From: Paramecium tetraurelia
Taxonomy: Eukaryota
Direction: 5' to 3'
Length of the DNA stretch: 64,000 nt
NCBI GenBank assembly: GCA_000165425.1
Contig: CT868485.1
Coordinates: forward strand, 62,001 to 126,000
Shown one piece after another: positions 1 through 12,991 of the stretch. The first letter of the stretch is position 1, and each line of letters opens with the position of its first letter. The position numbers and the translations under genes were made by a program. The notes under the pieces are model-generated. The model searched no databases and had not been told where the DNA came from. It saw nothing but the letters and a program-made list of their open reading frames with translations.

Positions 1-240
1 TAACAGAAGTAGGATCAATTTGATAATCAAACATCAAAATACTAATTGTTTGGTATCATCTTTCGTTTATATCCCTTAGCGTGTATAGTCCATTTAGGAA
101 AATCTGTTCAAAGTGGACATTATGTGTCTTACATTAAAAAGAATGGAGAATGGATTCTGTACAATGATTCTAAGGTTGCCAAGATAGCTGATCCTGCTTT
201 AAACAAGGGTTATATGTATATCTTCAAGAGACTAGATTGA
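1..240 (+). CDS. 3' end of ubiquitin carboxyl-terminal hydrolase (USP5/USP13/UBP14-like), partial
   Basis: After removing intron 53-79 it reads YQLFACIVHLGKSVQSGHYVSYIKKNGEWILYNDSKV...GYMYIFKRLD*, the USP His box. TGA at 238-240. Confidence 0.85.
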
Positions 241-287
241 ATTAGTAATCTTGATATTTGTAATCATTTGCAATAAAATTTATTTTT

Positions 288-1300
288 ATGTATAATACTT
301 CGTTCTACCTTGCATCCCCTCAACCAGCCTATATTCAGTCATCTTATTTTAGATATTATCAGCCACCAGTCAAAGTGATCATTAAGCCACCAAATTTCCA
401 AATATAACAACCAGTATCATCATAAAATCTATGAAATAATAGCCAATTTCGACAACAAGAGTGTATCATACTTAACCAATCATCCCTCCTCGACATAGTA
501 ATTCCATCCATCAATCCTACATAACAAGAACCATGGCACCACCAACCTAATAAATGCCTCTGAATACTTCCTATTAACAATAACCCTTTGTTAGATCATC
601 CATTCCATATCAACCGTAGTCGTAGCAGTATTCAAAATCCTTTCATCAATAATAACCAGTTACTCCTTAGGTTTAATCGAGACAATCGAAACCAGCCCCA
701 TAATCAAAGTCGAATTATTAAGCAGCTCCACAATATTAACACAAACCTCAATACTCTCAACCTCCGATCCTTTCCTAACAGGATGACGATCTGGAAAAGA
801 AGTTCCAAGATGCAATCGATAGAACGAGGGATTTGGTTCAGAAGTACAATAAACCGTAACCAAAATAAGAGGAATAACAGTAACTCCAAGATTTGGCCTT
901 GCAATACGAAGATGGGTACATTTATAGAGGTCAAGGATATGAACCAGCAACAAGAGAAGGATTTGGGGTTTTGAATGATCAAAATGACAATGAAGTATAC
1001 AGTGGCTATTGGCAAGACAACCAATACCATGGGCAAGGAAAACTGATTAACTATTCAGCAGAAGAAATCAATGGTCCTTTCGATTATAGAGATCTGAGTG
1101 TCATTGAGAATGGTTGGTTAAGTTACGAGGGAGAGTTCTATTAGGGCAAGATGCAAGGAAATGGAGCTTTGTATCTTACCAATGGAGAGCGCTATGAAGG
1201 GTAATTCAATGATGGCATGATCGAGGGCAAAGGAGTATTCATCACTCAAGACGGAGAATAAATTGAGGGAATTTGGAGAGAGGGTGTATTAGAAAATTGA
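288..1300 (+). CDS. MORN-repeat protein with Pro/Gln-rich N-terminus
   Basis: Repeated YxGxWxxxxxHGxG-type units (YSGYWQDNQYHGQG, YEGEFYQGKMQGNG, YEGQFNDGMIEGKG). TGA at 1298-1300. Intron 414-442, and at least one more intron is needed upstream of the repeats. Confidence 0.8.
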
Positions 1301-1363
1301 TTGATATAAAATTTAATAACTTAGTCATTGGTTAATAGTATAATTAATATTGATATTTAATTT

Positions 1364-2633
1364 ATGATTCAAGAATAAGAACACATTGTCACCTTAGTTT
1401 TAAATCAGTCTATTGAGATGGGAGAGTTTGCAATATAGGAAGCAATTCAACTATTTGAACTTTTTGGAATCCCATATTAGGAATTGCTCAAATTGTATTT
1501 CCCAATAAATTAGTTCCCAAAGAAATATGAAATTACATCTCAAACTCTCCCCAACTATCCTTTTGTAGATGTGTATCTGAAGGATCTGGATATAATACCC
1601 AAGGTTTTGAGTCGATCCCTTATGATTCATGACATCCTCTTCACAATCAGTAGAGCCAATACAATAGAGGAGTTACCTATGAATGTGTTACTATAAGCTA
1701 TGCCATACATCGAAAATTCCAATCTCTCATGTAAATGTGATATCATAACATCTTTTTTCAAAATTACTTAGGAGAAGAGAGTTGAATTGATGGAGTAAGT
1801 TTTTGGAGAGAAGGGATTTAATTGTCAAAATACTATTAATTTAACTGAACCCGACATTCTCTATTATTTAATGATCACTAAAGATCAGAAGTATATTGCT
1901 GGTTTCAACTTGGCAAAGAAGAAGAAAAGAAGAGAGAAGAACTTTGCAAGAATCTACGAATTGCCTAATCGAATTTATCTGGGTCCAGTTTCTCTGGCTC
2001 ATGATTTGGCATTTTTGATGGCCAATTAAGCCTAAGTCAAAGAGAATGATTTTGTATTCGATCCTTTTGCAGGAACAGGCAGTTCTTTAGTAGCCTGTTC
2101 CCATTTTGGAGCCATTTGTTTTGGCTCTGAAATAGATGGATATGTAAGAGATATTTGCTATTCCTTAGTTGATGAAAGGACATTGCATTGGATATATCAA
2201 TAGCAAAAGTACCTACCTCAAAGATCCAAACTATAAATAAGTTAAACCCTACATAAATTTGAACTTTCAACAATACAACCTTCCTCCTCCTAATTTGATA
2301 TAGACTGATATTCACTTACCTAATTTCAATCCAAGAGTTGATGAATTCTTTGATGCGATAATTTGTGATCCTCCTTATGGCATAAGAGCATCAATCTAAT
2401 AAGATGGAAATGAGTAGGATTTATAAGCTAATCGAACAGCAATCTATAAAAGAATGTTTGAAGTAGCCAGAAGAGTACTAAGAAAAGGAGGAAGACTCGT
2501 TTATCTGTATCCATTGTTTAAAGGTATGGAAAAGAAAGTAGAGAAGGAGGATGGATTCGAATTAATTGATTTTCGAGAGTAGAAAATGGTTGATAAAAGA
2601 AGTCGATTATTAGTTACAATGGAGAAATTGTGA
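1364..2633 (+). CDS. TRM11: tRNA (guanine-10-N2)-methyltransferase TRM11-like
   Basis: RIYLGPVSL, VFDPFAGTGSSL (SAM-binding motif I), FDAIICDPPYGIR and LRKGGRLVY. Tiny introns near 2144-2168 and 2240. TGA at 2631-2633. Confidence 0.88.
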
Positions 2634-2809
2634 ATTAAATTTAGAATATATTATGTAATGTCAAATTAGATTACTCATCAATGCAAAGTTGAATAAATAT
2701 ACTCCAAATATTCTTATGAATAGATTCTCATAAAACTTCAATTTGTTCCCTCCCAATAATTTTATATTATCATAAATTCTTTGATTTATTTAATCTATAC
2801 CCAACATAC

Positions 2810-4411
2810 TCAGGTATTCAACAGAAATGCCCATACAATAATAGGCATATAATTTGATTTCTCATATCCATCCCATATGCTTGTCTCAAATTTCCCATTC
2901 GAAATGTAGGATTTATCAAAAACCCAATTGGTGAAGGTTCTTCCTGAGATTATGAACATATAGAAATAGATAATCCAAAACAAATGTTCCCAACATGCTT
3001 CCCATTTCTTACCCTTTCTGGTTAGATTTGTCTCTTCCATAGATACATAGGGTTTCAAACTATTCGGACTTGCATAATAGATTAATCGTCTAAAAAATAC
3101 AGTAAATACTATTGATATGTTATTGATCCTAAACATTATCAAGAAAAATAAGCAAAACCAAAAATCGAATCTTGCCATGTCTGCTTAAATCAATGTCCCA
3201 ACTCTTGTACCTATTATCAACAACTAACCTTAGTAAATATACAATTCACTGAATTTGGTTAACGACAACGTTAAATCCATTATGATCTCCATTCCCAAAT
3301 CCAAAAAGGCATATATGAACATGTAATATTCATTCCAAGCCACAGGATTGTGATCTCTCAATGACTATTTTATTGAAGGCAGTAGTTTAAAACAAACCAA
3401 CAACAATCCAATTATTGTGACATCATACAAGAAATAGCTTAAGCCTTTTAAAAGCTAACTTGGCCATGTCTTCATTCTAAACGTATTGAAAAACACAACC
3501 AATCCAATTATATAGACATATACTATAAAGAGCCAATCTTCATTGAATCCAACCCAAAATATCATAATAAAATCTGTTAATATTGTCATTAAGATCAATA
3601 CAAAGTACTCCATCAAAGGTCTCCCATTCTTGACCTGTATCAACTTATTTCCTAATACCAATTTGTACAATATATGACCTTTTGCAGAATACAATCCCTA
3701 ATTTAAAAAGCTGTTTATTATTAATGATAATCTTACAATCTATTATTTGACAAATGACCATAATCATAACCCAATAACTAGAGCAATCAATCCCATCAAT
3801 AAAGCAGAATTCTCCAATCTCATTTTGCACAACCAAAATCAACACCTTCTACCACAAATAGCTATAAGGAGAGGAATTACTGTCTCTCTTGCTAGAAACT
3901 TGATTATATTCTTATTTTCCATGAATATCAAACTCAATTAATCTCCTATTCTATCATAATAGAACGCATTTATTTTACGAAACCCTGCCCCTTTATTATT
4001 CAAAGTCATATTTGATATCATTGATTAACTTAAACTATGTTGATTAATAGGAACAAGTTTCCTATTTGATGATTTATAAGTCTGAAGATTATTCCTCTGA
4101 TTAGAAGGCATACTCATGAAATTCAAAGTTAAAGGTTTCTCCTCTTGCATTTCAGTGTTCAATTGCTCTACCTATACCATTTCCTTTTTCACCTCAATAG
4201 ATACGACCTCCTATTCAGATGCTTCGAATTTCTAGTTCTTCTGATTGTGCTGCGATCTCTAATATTATTCATCCTAATTAAATTCAGATTCCAGATCCCC
4301 TTCAGAATTAATAGTTTAATCCTGTTATTCTTTGACCTTAATGGATTCCTGTTGTTGTTGTTTAGCACTCTAAAATTTCCCACTCGAGGAGGATGCATTC
4401 GATAAATACAT
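2810..4411 (-). CDS. multi-pass membrane protein of unknown family (3' end uncertain, may extend to about 2660)
   Basis: ATG at 4411 (MYLSNASSSSGKFQSAKQQQQESIK), an acidic/Gln-rich N-terminus, then many hydrophobic segments (e.g. DFIMIFWVGFNEDWLFIVYVYIIGLVVFF). Confidence 0.55.
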
Positions 4412-4613
4412 AGAGTCTCTAACTTAAAATTAATTAATTAAACATTATTTCAAAATATTACTTAAAATATAATTTGTCATTTTCTGGATTTAATCTCCAG
4501 AAATTATTAATATTGATGAATATTTAATTAAAAGACGGACATAAAAAGATACAATCCATTTAATTCAAATTAGATTGGATTTAATTAGTTATTATCATTT
4601 TATTCCTAATTAA

Positions 4614-4805
4614 ATGGGTTGTGCAAACATGAAAAGTACAAAGGAAAATCTATAATACTCTGTAAATTCGAAGATTCATTTAAAGGAACAAAGAAAGACA
4701 GAAAACCAACTGTTTTAAATTGTTAAGAATCCCATTTTTCAAAGACGAAAGATTTAATAAGAAAGATCATTTAGACTTCAAAGTGAGGAATTAAGGCAGA
4801 TATGA
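4614..4805 (+). CDS. 63-aa microprotein with N-terminal MGC acylation motif
   Basis: Intronless ATG-to-TGA ORF in the ciliate code: MGCANMKSTKENLQYSVNSKIHLKEQRKTENQLFQIVKNPIFQRRKIQQERSFRLQSEELRQI*. Flanked by non-coding AT-rich DNA. Confidence 0.6.
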
Positions 4806-5054
4806 GTCAAAATTTTTTGTGTTTATTTTTTCATTAAAACTTTCAACCAAGACTCAAACACTGTGTTTTTATAGTGACAATACATAGATTAAATCAATCC
4901 ATTCTCCATTGAATCTAAATCTATATGGCATTTAATTTTTATAGAAGAATTACACCTGAATGATATGAATAATGGTGTTCTTCTGAATGAACTATTAAAT
5001 AAAATTAACTTACTGTTTATTTATTTAAATTTGAAATAATAAATATAATAACAA

Positions 5055-6832
5055 TCAATTAAGTTTATTAAAGGATTCTAATTTTTATTAGCTTTTATAC
5101 TAATCCATTTTACCCAAGACTCCCAAAGTAGTATAGTCTTATTTATTCGACATCAATCCAGCTGTCATGCTAGTCATTTTTTTAAAGTTTCTCATAAATT
5201 ATTGCTTTTCCTCTTAAGTCTTAGAATTTGATCCTTTTGATTATTATGAGTCTGATCCCAGAGTTTATTATTGTTAGGAAATGTATTTCATAGTTTAAGG
5301 CATAGACAATTGATTTAATCCCATCGGGCTGCCTGAGATACTACTAATTTATTATTATAAGTCATCAATGATCATATTTTGTTTAGATAACTTATCTTAA
5401 TAGTCTTCATTAATGATATCTATTTCTTTGGCTTTATTTTCTTCTTACTCTGCCTGATAATGTTTTAACTGAGTTAATTAAATAGTCAATTTATCAAGTT
5501 CTTCCTTAAGATCTTAATTCTAGTCTCTAACATCTCTGAGTTATTCCTAAAGATTCCTATTCTCTTCGCTATATTATATCATCTGCTTAGTTAGTTGATC
5601 TTGGATATCAGTACCAGTTTAGATTTATAGTTGCAAATTTTCATATTTACCATCATCTCTTTCATTAGAGATATCTGAATCTGAATTGTTGAGATTTCTA
5701 GCACTATCCTTTTGATCAATAATTAATTTATGCAAATCTTCAATCTAAGAGTGCAGTTTGAAAATGGCTTAATTTTTAGTTTCTAATAATTCACTTTTTA
5801 ATTATAATTCTATCAAATTTATAAAGGATAGTATTTACCATTTTCTAAAAATGTGATTTAATCTTCATCATTAATTTACATCTTATCATTAATTTAATTG
5901 GTTTGGCTCATGCATCTGCTTCTAATCCTTATATGCTTAAACTTCTCCTCTAATTCCAAATCCAAATCATTCATTCTTATCGATTATTTCGTATTAGGGG
6001 ACCTATCATATTAACATTCTGCGTCAATTAGTTTTTTTTTGCTCAAAAGAAAACTCTTACCACATGGACATTTTACACACTCCTCATTTATTTAATCATG
6101 GATAATTTACAAATTGTCAATGAGATCAGATGAATGATAACTCTACTGTTGTTAATCACTATTATTTTCAAGTCTTTAATTTAACAAATTATTTTAGGAG
6201 TCTTCCTGCAATTGTTCTACTTGACATGAAAAATCTGAATTATTGTAATTTAATTTAAAGACTCTAAACTTGAATAGAGACTTCTTGACTAGATAAATTT
6301 AGTTAATTTTAATTCTTTATTTTTACACTCTCCTCTTCAATTACAGTATTGGTTGTGGCATCTACCTTATTATATTCTGTTTATGTTAAATTTTCTACTT
6401 TTTCAACTATTATTTAACAACCATTATCCACTAGAACTCCAGGTGCTTCTGAAGATATCAAAGTATCAGTTTGTATTTATTGATCAAAGGTTTCAGGAGG
6501 AGCCTTCGATGGTATTGAATTTAACAACCCTGTCATTTGTTATTCATTTTTGTTTGATATATCGTTACATTAGCTGGTTAGATATAGGGAACCGTCATTT
6601 TCATCTTGCGACTAAATTTTTTCTAAAATCAAGCTAATTTATTACATTTGACCTTTTCAATATACTTATCCAAATTGCTTTTGAATTTATTGGTATCGAG
6701 TTTAGACTAAAAAGCAGAAGCCAGTTTTTCAAATGATTCAGAACGCTTAGAGCTATCAAATTGGTAGTTGCACTTGGAAAATACGTCTGAAAGTGCTCCC
6801 AAAACATCTTTGGTTGGGATGTAATATTACAT
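5055..6832 (-). CDS. coiled-coil hypothetical protein
   Basis: ATG at 6832 (MQYYIPTKDVLGALSDVF), long E/Q/K/L-rich heptad-like stretches, ends ...ESFNKLN* at 5055. Confidence 0.6.
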
Positions 6833-6865
6833 ACAATTATTAAAAGATAATAAAACTAAATTAAA

Positions 6866-7352
6866 TCAACTCTCAAAGGATGTTTCTAAAAATTTGCTTT
6901 TGTGCTTTTCAATGAAATCAACTTCGAAATCATCCACATCACACAAGTATTTGAATGCCACTCCCTGTTAAGTGATCAAAAATGTACCAACACAAAGAGC
7001 GACTCTAAAATATAAAATTTAGAAATAACCTTGATACTAATCCAAGTTTCTGATAAACTCTAAATGTTCTAGGCAATATGGCAGCAGTAGTCAACCCAAA
7101 AAATGATCCATAATAATTCATTCTCACTAATTTCTTTTGTAGTCCTTAATAGTGCTTTTATTATTGATCATCCATATCAATTTCCAAAGCCCTCATGATT
7201 TCACGCTTGGTGGAAGTTGTAGTATTTTCTAATCCATATTCTCTTAATTGGGTTTAGGCCTTTCTGAATCTTGCCTATTGCTCCACATATTTCATTTTGT
7301 CTTTCATTTATTTGCTTTTTTCTTTCTTCTCCTCTCTTGTTAATTCAGCCAT
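6866..7352 (-). CDS. small two-TM membrane protein
   Basis: MAELTREEKKEK...YYGSFFGLTTAAILP...SRVALCVGTFLITQQGVAFKYLC...FES*, with one intron of about 25 nt near 7005-7030. Confidence 0.65.
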
Positions 7353-7381
7353 TTATATAAATTAATAAAAATAATAGCAAT

Positions 7382-8003
7382 TCATCTTGGAGCACCAAAT
7401 GCTTCAGGCATTCTTTCTATGGTATATTTGTGATTCTAGATGAACATTATTGGAACACCAGGAATTTTACGGATTCTGCGTTTTAGATCCTTATCACAAG
7501 TGGCTACTATGAAACATCTATGTTGTTTCACTCTATTGACTAAACAATCATCAGCATAAGTGCCCTTGTGATCACAAGTCAACTTCTCGAAACGAGGATC
7601 CTTGGACAATCTCAAGGCCAATCTTGTCTTTTGTCCCAACTTCTCCAATTCAGCAATAACGCAATCGGAAATATATGGAATACATTTTCCTAAAAGACAA
7701 TCCATTGTATTTTTAAAAATGTCTAGTTTGTTTGAAATACTGAAGTTCAGGAAATTTGTATCAAGTAGAATTCTATAGGGAGGTCCTAGGGCTGGATTAT
7801 GTTTGAAGAATAAGTGACTTGGCTCTTGTGGTCTAAAATTTAATGACATATTAAAAATACAATTCCTTTATTTCCACATCATTGACACCTTTCTTTTTCT
7901 CTTCCTTTGGCTGTTCAAGATGTCGTTTTTAACATCTGGGATCCTTTTTGGAAATCATCCGCTTTATTGTTGCAAATTTCTTTGTTTTATGTGCTTTACC
8001 CAT
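7382..8003 (-). CDS. FCF1: rRNA-processing PIN-domain protein FCF1/UTP24
   Basis: [70 protein letters not shown] and YTIERMP. Confidence 0.95.
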
Positions 8004-8143
8004 ATGTTAAAATTATAAATACGATGTTTTGATATAGAATTTGGAGTATTACTTCAATATATTAAATATGGAGAACAGAATTAATAAAACCTCATTTATA
8101 ATAATGTTCCTTTAATTCTTATACCTGAATCTTTTTAATCATG

Positions 8144-8575
8144 TCAATCTATTTCTTCAAAAATGTTTGTTATTACTTATTTTTCTTATTGTAAGGGGAC
8201 TGAAGCAATTAAATTAGTTTCTTCGTTTGAATCATTTTTACAGTAGTGGGACTGCTCTATAACTTTTGATTTGGAGATTTCCTTTGCACCTGATTACGAT
8301 CACATTTCGGACTACCCGGTCGACTTGAGGATTACTTCACAAATAAGAAACCTCTCTTGACATCAGGTAATGTGTCTCTACTAGGCTTATTGGTCTCCTA
8401 AAACATTAAATATGATTGTTACTTAAGTTGAACCTGACATCAAAAGTGATACCTTCTTTTTTTTCTCTTCCCCATAAAATTGCAAACTTAATTCCTTGTA
8501 AAACTCATCGATATCATCATCCCCATCCTAAATTGGATCGTAGGAATGGAGGGACAAACGTTCATCATCTGACAT
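8144..8575 (-). CDS. small acidic hypothetical protein
   Basis: MSDDERLSLHSYDPIQDGDDDIDEFYKEL... ends NIFEEID*. One probable intron near 8400. Confidence 0.5.
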
Positions 8576-9364
8576 TTTTTTCTTATAAAAATTAATCAAA
8601 ATACTTAATTAAACACTCATAAACGTTCTCTATACACATTTATCAGTATTCCACAAACATAACTTCATGGAACTACTCAAGTGTAACAATAACCTCTTCA
8701 AATCACCTTAATACAATTTCAAAATTCCATTTTATCAGATAAACAGAATGAATAATAAAGAATGTTCTAAGTGCAATTTTATTATTAAAGTATAAATTTA
8801 AGAACAGTTAGAATTATAATATGTAGTTCAATTTGAATTAATTAATTTTATATTTGCAATAAGCATCAAATTTATCAACTTTAGACCACCCATAATTATT
8901 TGTCTATTCAAACGATTTAATAATTGCGTGTTTTATCTCTTGAAATTTCATAAATACATTATTTAAAATTAGATATGAATAGAGTGTTTGATATTCATAA
9001 AATATTTTTTGAGAATATTTAGATGTATTTCACAATAAATTTCCTTTTTAATTATTGCCCTTTCTATAGATATCTGTAATAAAAAAAAAATTGAATTCTT
9101 ATTAAATTTATCTGCATTAAAAAATACATTATTGATATTCTTAAATGTATGTCATTCTCTCTAATACATATTAATACATACTATTACCCTTTCAATATTA
9201 TCGCCAAAAAATATGACAGTAGTAAATTATAAAAATGATTTATTATAATAAATAAATATTAGGATATAAAAGGGAAACTACAAATCAACTAAATTGCCAG
9301 TAAAAGGGTATTTATATTTAATAGATAACAATATATATCTTAATTTTAAGAAGTATAAATTTAA

Positions 9365-10348
9365 TCAATTACATAGATCAAGTATTAATTGATCTAAATT
9401 ATCAATTTATTTGGAATTATCAGCCACTCTTTTTGTGGATTGTTATTCTTACTTAGTTTAATTGAATGCTAAGTTAACAGGATGAAAATTTGGGATTTGT
9501 TAAACAGGATTAACTTTCTGAGGCTTTTCATTTTGGAGTTTCAACTTATGAGTGATAAGTGTTTATTCAGGTTGTTTTGAAGTTCTGGCAACTATTCCTT
9601 AAATATCATCCAAAAGGGTTTCTATTTGTTGATCAATGTTAATCTTTTACTCAGTTCGACTAGTATCATCGGTGAAGTGGAAATAAGCATTATCGTCAAG
9701 TTATTAGATTTTGCTTTCAGTGGAAATTTTATGTTTTGGTTGGTTCTTCTGCATGAAGGATACTGTAGCAGATTAGCCTTATGATTTAATTTATTTTGAA
9801 GGTATTTGATCATAATCAGGGAGTCTTTCTTACGTTGTATAGATTGCCCTTTCGTAATCTAATTCATTCATGAAGTTAATGAGACTTTGTGAATAATTGC
9901 GATCATCTTTGGATTAATAGATTTTTGATTATTCATCTTCTGAGAATTGAGCATTAATTTGTGAATCTTAAGCTTGAAAGGTTTGTATTTTAGGATCAGA
10001 TGTTAAGGATTTATCAGTGACCTTTTCAGTTTTATTTGGTAATTCAACTTCATCTTGTTTTCTCTCTAAACCTAGAATGGCATATTTAGCTGCTTTGAAT
10101 AGTCTTGTTCCATCATTTTTAATTTGAGATTATAAGGATTGTTCATCTAAAATATCGATTATTTTTTTTTCTTGATATTTTTAATTTAACAGATTATACT
10201 TCTGAGTGGCTTGTTGTTTTTCCTTTTCTGATTAAGCAAGCATCATTTTAACTGAGTCATATTCTCTTTAATATAGTCTCTGTTCAAATTGATAACCTAG
10301 TTTTAGATTGTCAATTTCCAATTTTTGATTACCCTAAAAATTATACAT
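9365..10348 (-). CDS. hypothetical low-complexity (Q/K/N) protein
   Basis: ATG at 10348 (MYNFQGNQKLEIDNLKLGYQFEQRLY). Ends DNLDQLILDLCN* at 9365. Confidence 0.55.
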
Positions 10349-10496
10349 TATAATATATATTATAATATTGGGTTGTATACAAAAATTGGGTTCTAGAATA
10401 TTTAAATGAATAGATATAATATTTGATAAAATTTTATAATGCTTTTTTAGAATTAAGGAGAAAAGATTGGGGAGTCATCTATTAAAAATAGATAAA

Positions 10497-10802
10497 ATGG
10501 AAACGAAAGCTCAATTTTTATTTTCGGATAGAATCAAATTATTGCAGCAATTGGGACCTGAGCCAGGGAGAGAGGAAATCCAGAAGATGGCTGCGATGTA
10601 CAAGGTACCAGAGGGGAAACTGCAGAAGTGGGTCAATCAGTATGACAAATATGTGTTACCGTAGAGGAAAGAGATAATGGATTCTGATGATGATTAAATA
10701 AACAAATTAATATAAGAACAACGGTAGTTGTGTTAAGAGTTGTCGGCTTTGACTGAATAAATTAATGAAATTCATAAAAAGAAATTATTTTATTATTAAT
10801 GA
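10497..10802 (+). CDS. 101-aa homeodomain-like HTH protein with C-terminal coiled coil
   Basis: METKAQFLFSDRIKLLQQLGPEPGREEIQKMAAMYKVPEGKLQKWVNQYDK...DQINKLIQEQRQLCQELSALTEQINEIHKKKLFYYQ*. The spacing P..EEI..MA....VPE.KL.KW resembles homeodomain helices 2-3. Confidence 0.55.
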
Positions 10803-12317
10803 AAATTAATTTGAATAATTGGAATCATTAGTTGATAATATCGATAAGGGACGACCGCTTTGCTTTGGTGGAGAACAAGATTAAGGAATTACCGAGAGAG
10901 CTTATATGTTATCGCGAGTTTCCCTATAGTGTGACAGACAAGCGGACTGAGATCAAATATGAGGTGAACAAAATCGAAGGCGGTGTTTCGTTTAGGTATA
11001 ATTGCTTGAACACATAGTTTTTAAAAGGCACAATTAATTGAGCATGATCCTTCGATCTTGATTGATTCTCTTGTGTAGAAGATGGCAAAACACTTAGAAA
11101 TTATGACTAGAATCTTTGTGAGACGGGACGAATCGAAAGAAATAGTGATACAGAAATTGACTTATTCTCCGACTGACATTGAGATCACTTTGTAATTTGG
11201 CAATATCCTGAGTGGGTAATTCTACATCAGCAAGATGATCGGCAATTGTCTCATGAAGAAGGAAGAGGATTTCATTCGTATTTATTTGATAAAGAGCGAA
11301 ATATTAGAGGGAATTTTGAATACGGAGTGTTTGAAAGCACCCCCTCTCAATCTCAACTTGTTAGTTCAGCAGAATGACATTTGGTCTCTAAGTGAATAGC
11401 TATATCATACCTTTCTACCTTCTTAATTGATTTAACAAATGCTCGTGGAATACAATCAAACTTCTTATTAGATAATCAATCAACACTATCAATTCATTCC
11501 TACTAAGGAATTAGGCATCTTTATTTTCAAACTAAACAGTGGCTATTAGCATTTAAATTTGGTTATATCCTTTGCCTCTAAGATTGTTAATAATAAACTC
11601 TAAATCCATTTAAGGGAGGCTGCCCAATATGCAATGCTGATGGGACTTTAAAAAATGGATATCAATAAATTTTTTGATGATTTGAAGTTTAAAAGCTTTG
11701 AGGAATTCGAAAGAATAAATGATTTTTGGGATTATATATAAAAGTTTTTTATAACTACTTTAGCATATACTTTTTTTTACGAGACAAAATTCTTGCAATT
11801 ATAAATTTTTCAAAAGTTGAGACATCAATAGTTTTTTATAAGAGTGTTCATTTAAATACTCTAAACCATCTAGGGCTTCAGATAATACTTGTCAACACAT
11901 CTGAGAAGGGATCCTCATTTGGATCAGAGGTAATTATGCTAGATTTTTCAAAATTTAACCGATAAATACTTACACATACTCTTTATAAAATGTTATGATG
12001 ATGTGCCTATCCTCCCTCAATTGCTTAAAGCCTATTAAGAAAAGTTAGACGAGTAGATCACTAAGTTTAAGAATTCCTCAATATCCTTTGAACACGAAAT
12101 CAATGTTTTGACAAACAAATTATCCAACATATCTATAGAATTGAACTAAAACGAGACCTCCTCGTACTCTTTAAAGATTCTAAGCCAATAAAATGTGCAA
12201 TTGGAATACAAAGTAACCAAACATTATATTGTCAAAAAATAAATTGCCTCTGAAAAACAATGGTCAATATCGGAATTTCCCCAATCTGAAGAATAGATAA
12301 TTTTGAGTCATTTTTGA
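10799..12317 (+). CDS. hypothetical protein of about 500 aa
   Basis: ATG at 10799 overlaps the upstream TGA. The frame stays open after a 22-nt intron near 10996-11017 until TGA 12315-12317. The 3' end may extend if the T-run at 12311-12315 is one base short. Confidence 0.55.
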
Positions 12318-12507
12318 AAGACATGAATTTGTATAAGTTTCTTATCAAACTAAATTACACAATGTCTTTTTATTAATTTTCAGTTATTTTACTAATTGGT
12401 ATTGGCAATATATTCTAGAGCCAAAGATTAAATTTATATATTCATACTTCTCCTAATGGTAGATTATTATTTTATTTTATATTGTACAAACTATATTAAT
12501 AGTTATA

Positions 12508-12966
12508 ATGATTAATTAATCTGACCATGAATCACTTGATTCCTAGCTTGTGGAACAGGAACCATCAATCCAATAAATTAAAAGCATTAGAGTGCAATCC
12601 AATCATTACTCTATCTCAAATCAGTAATAGAAAGTGGAATCAGACAGTCTAGATACTCTTTAGAGTATTTTTGATTCAGAATAGGAATAGAGACTCATAT
12701 TCGAGACCATATCCAATATCAGTACAACAAATACAATCAAATAAAAGAAAAAAAAATTAAAACGAGTTTGCTAGGCGAATTCTTTCAGGGCTAAATTGGC
12801 ATAGAGAACAAGGATTTAGTCATTTAGATTGGATGAAGAAGCTTGCAGTTAGGACGAGGAGGAAAGCCTTCCATAAAATCTAATGCAGGTCGATTTGTAA
12901 TTTAGAGAAGAGGCAATATTTTCAGTATAAAAAATAATTGAGACTCGAAAGAATCTAATAATTTGA
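12508..12966 (+). CDS. 152-aa hypothetical protein
   Basis: Intronless ORF MINQSDHESLDSQLVEQEPSIQQ...ETRKNLII*. Confidence 0.55.
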
Positions 12967-12991
12967 CTAATTAATTTAATAACTTAGACTC

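Noticed and set aside
359..1036. Several overlapping ORF-track entries on both strands
   Set aside because: Alternative-frame or antisense shadows of the MORN-repeat gene.
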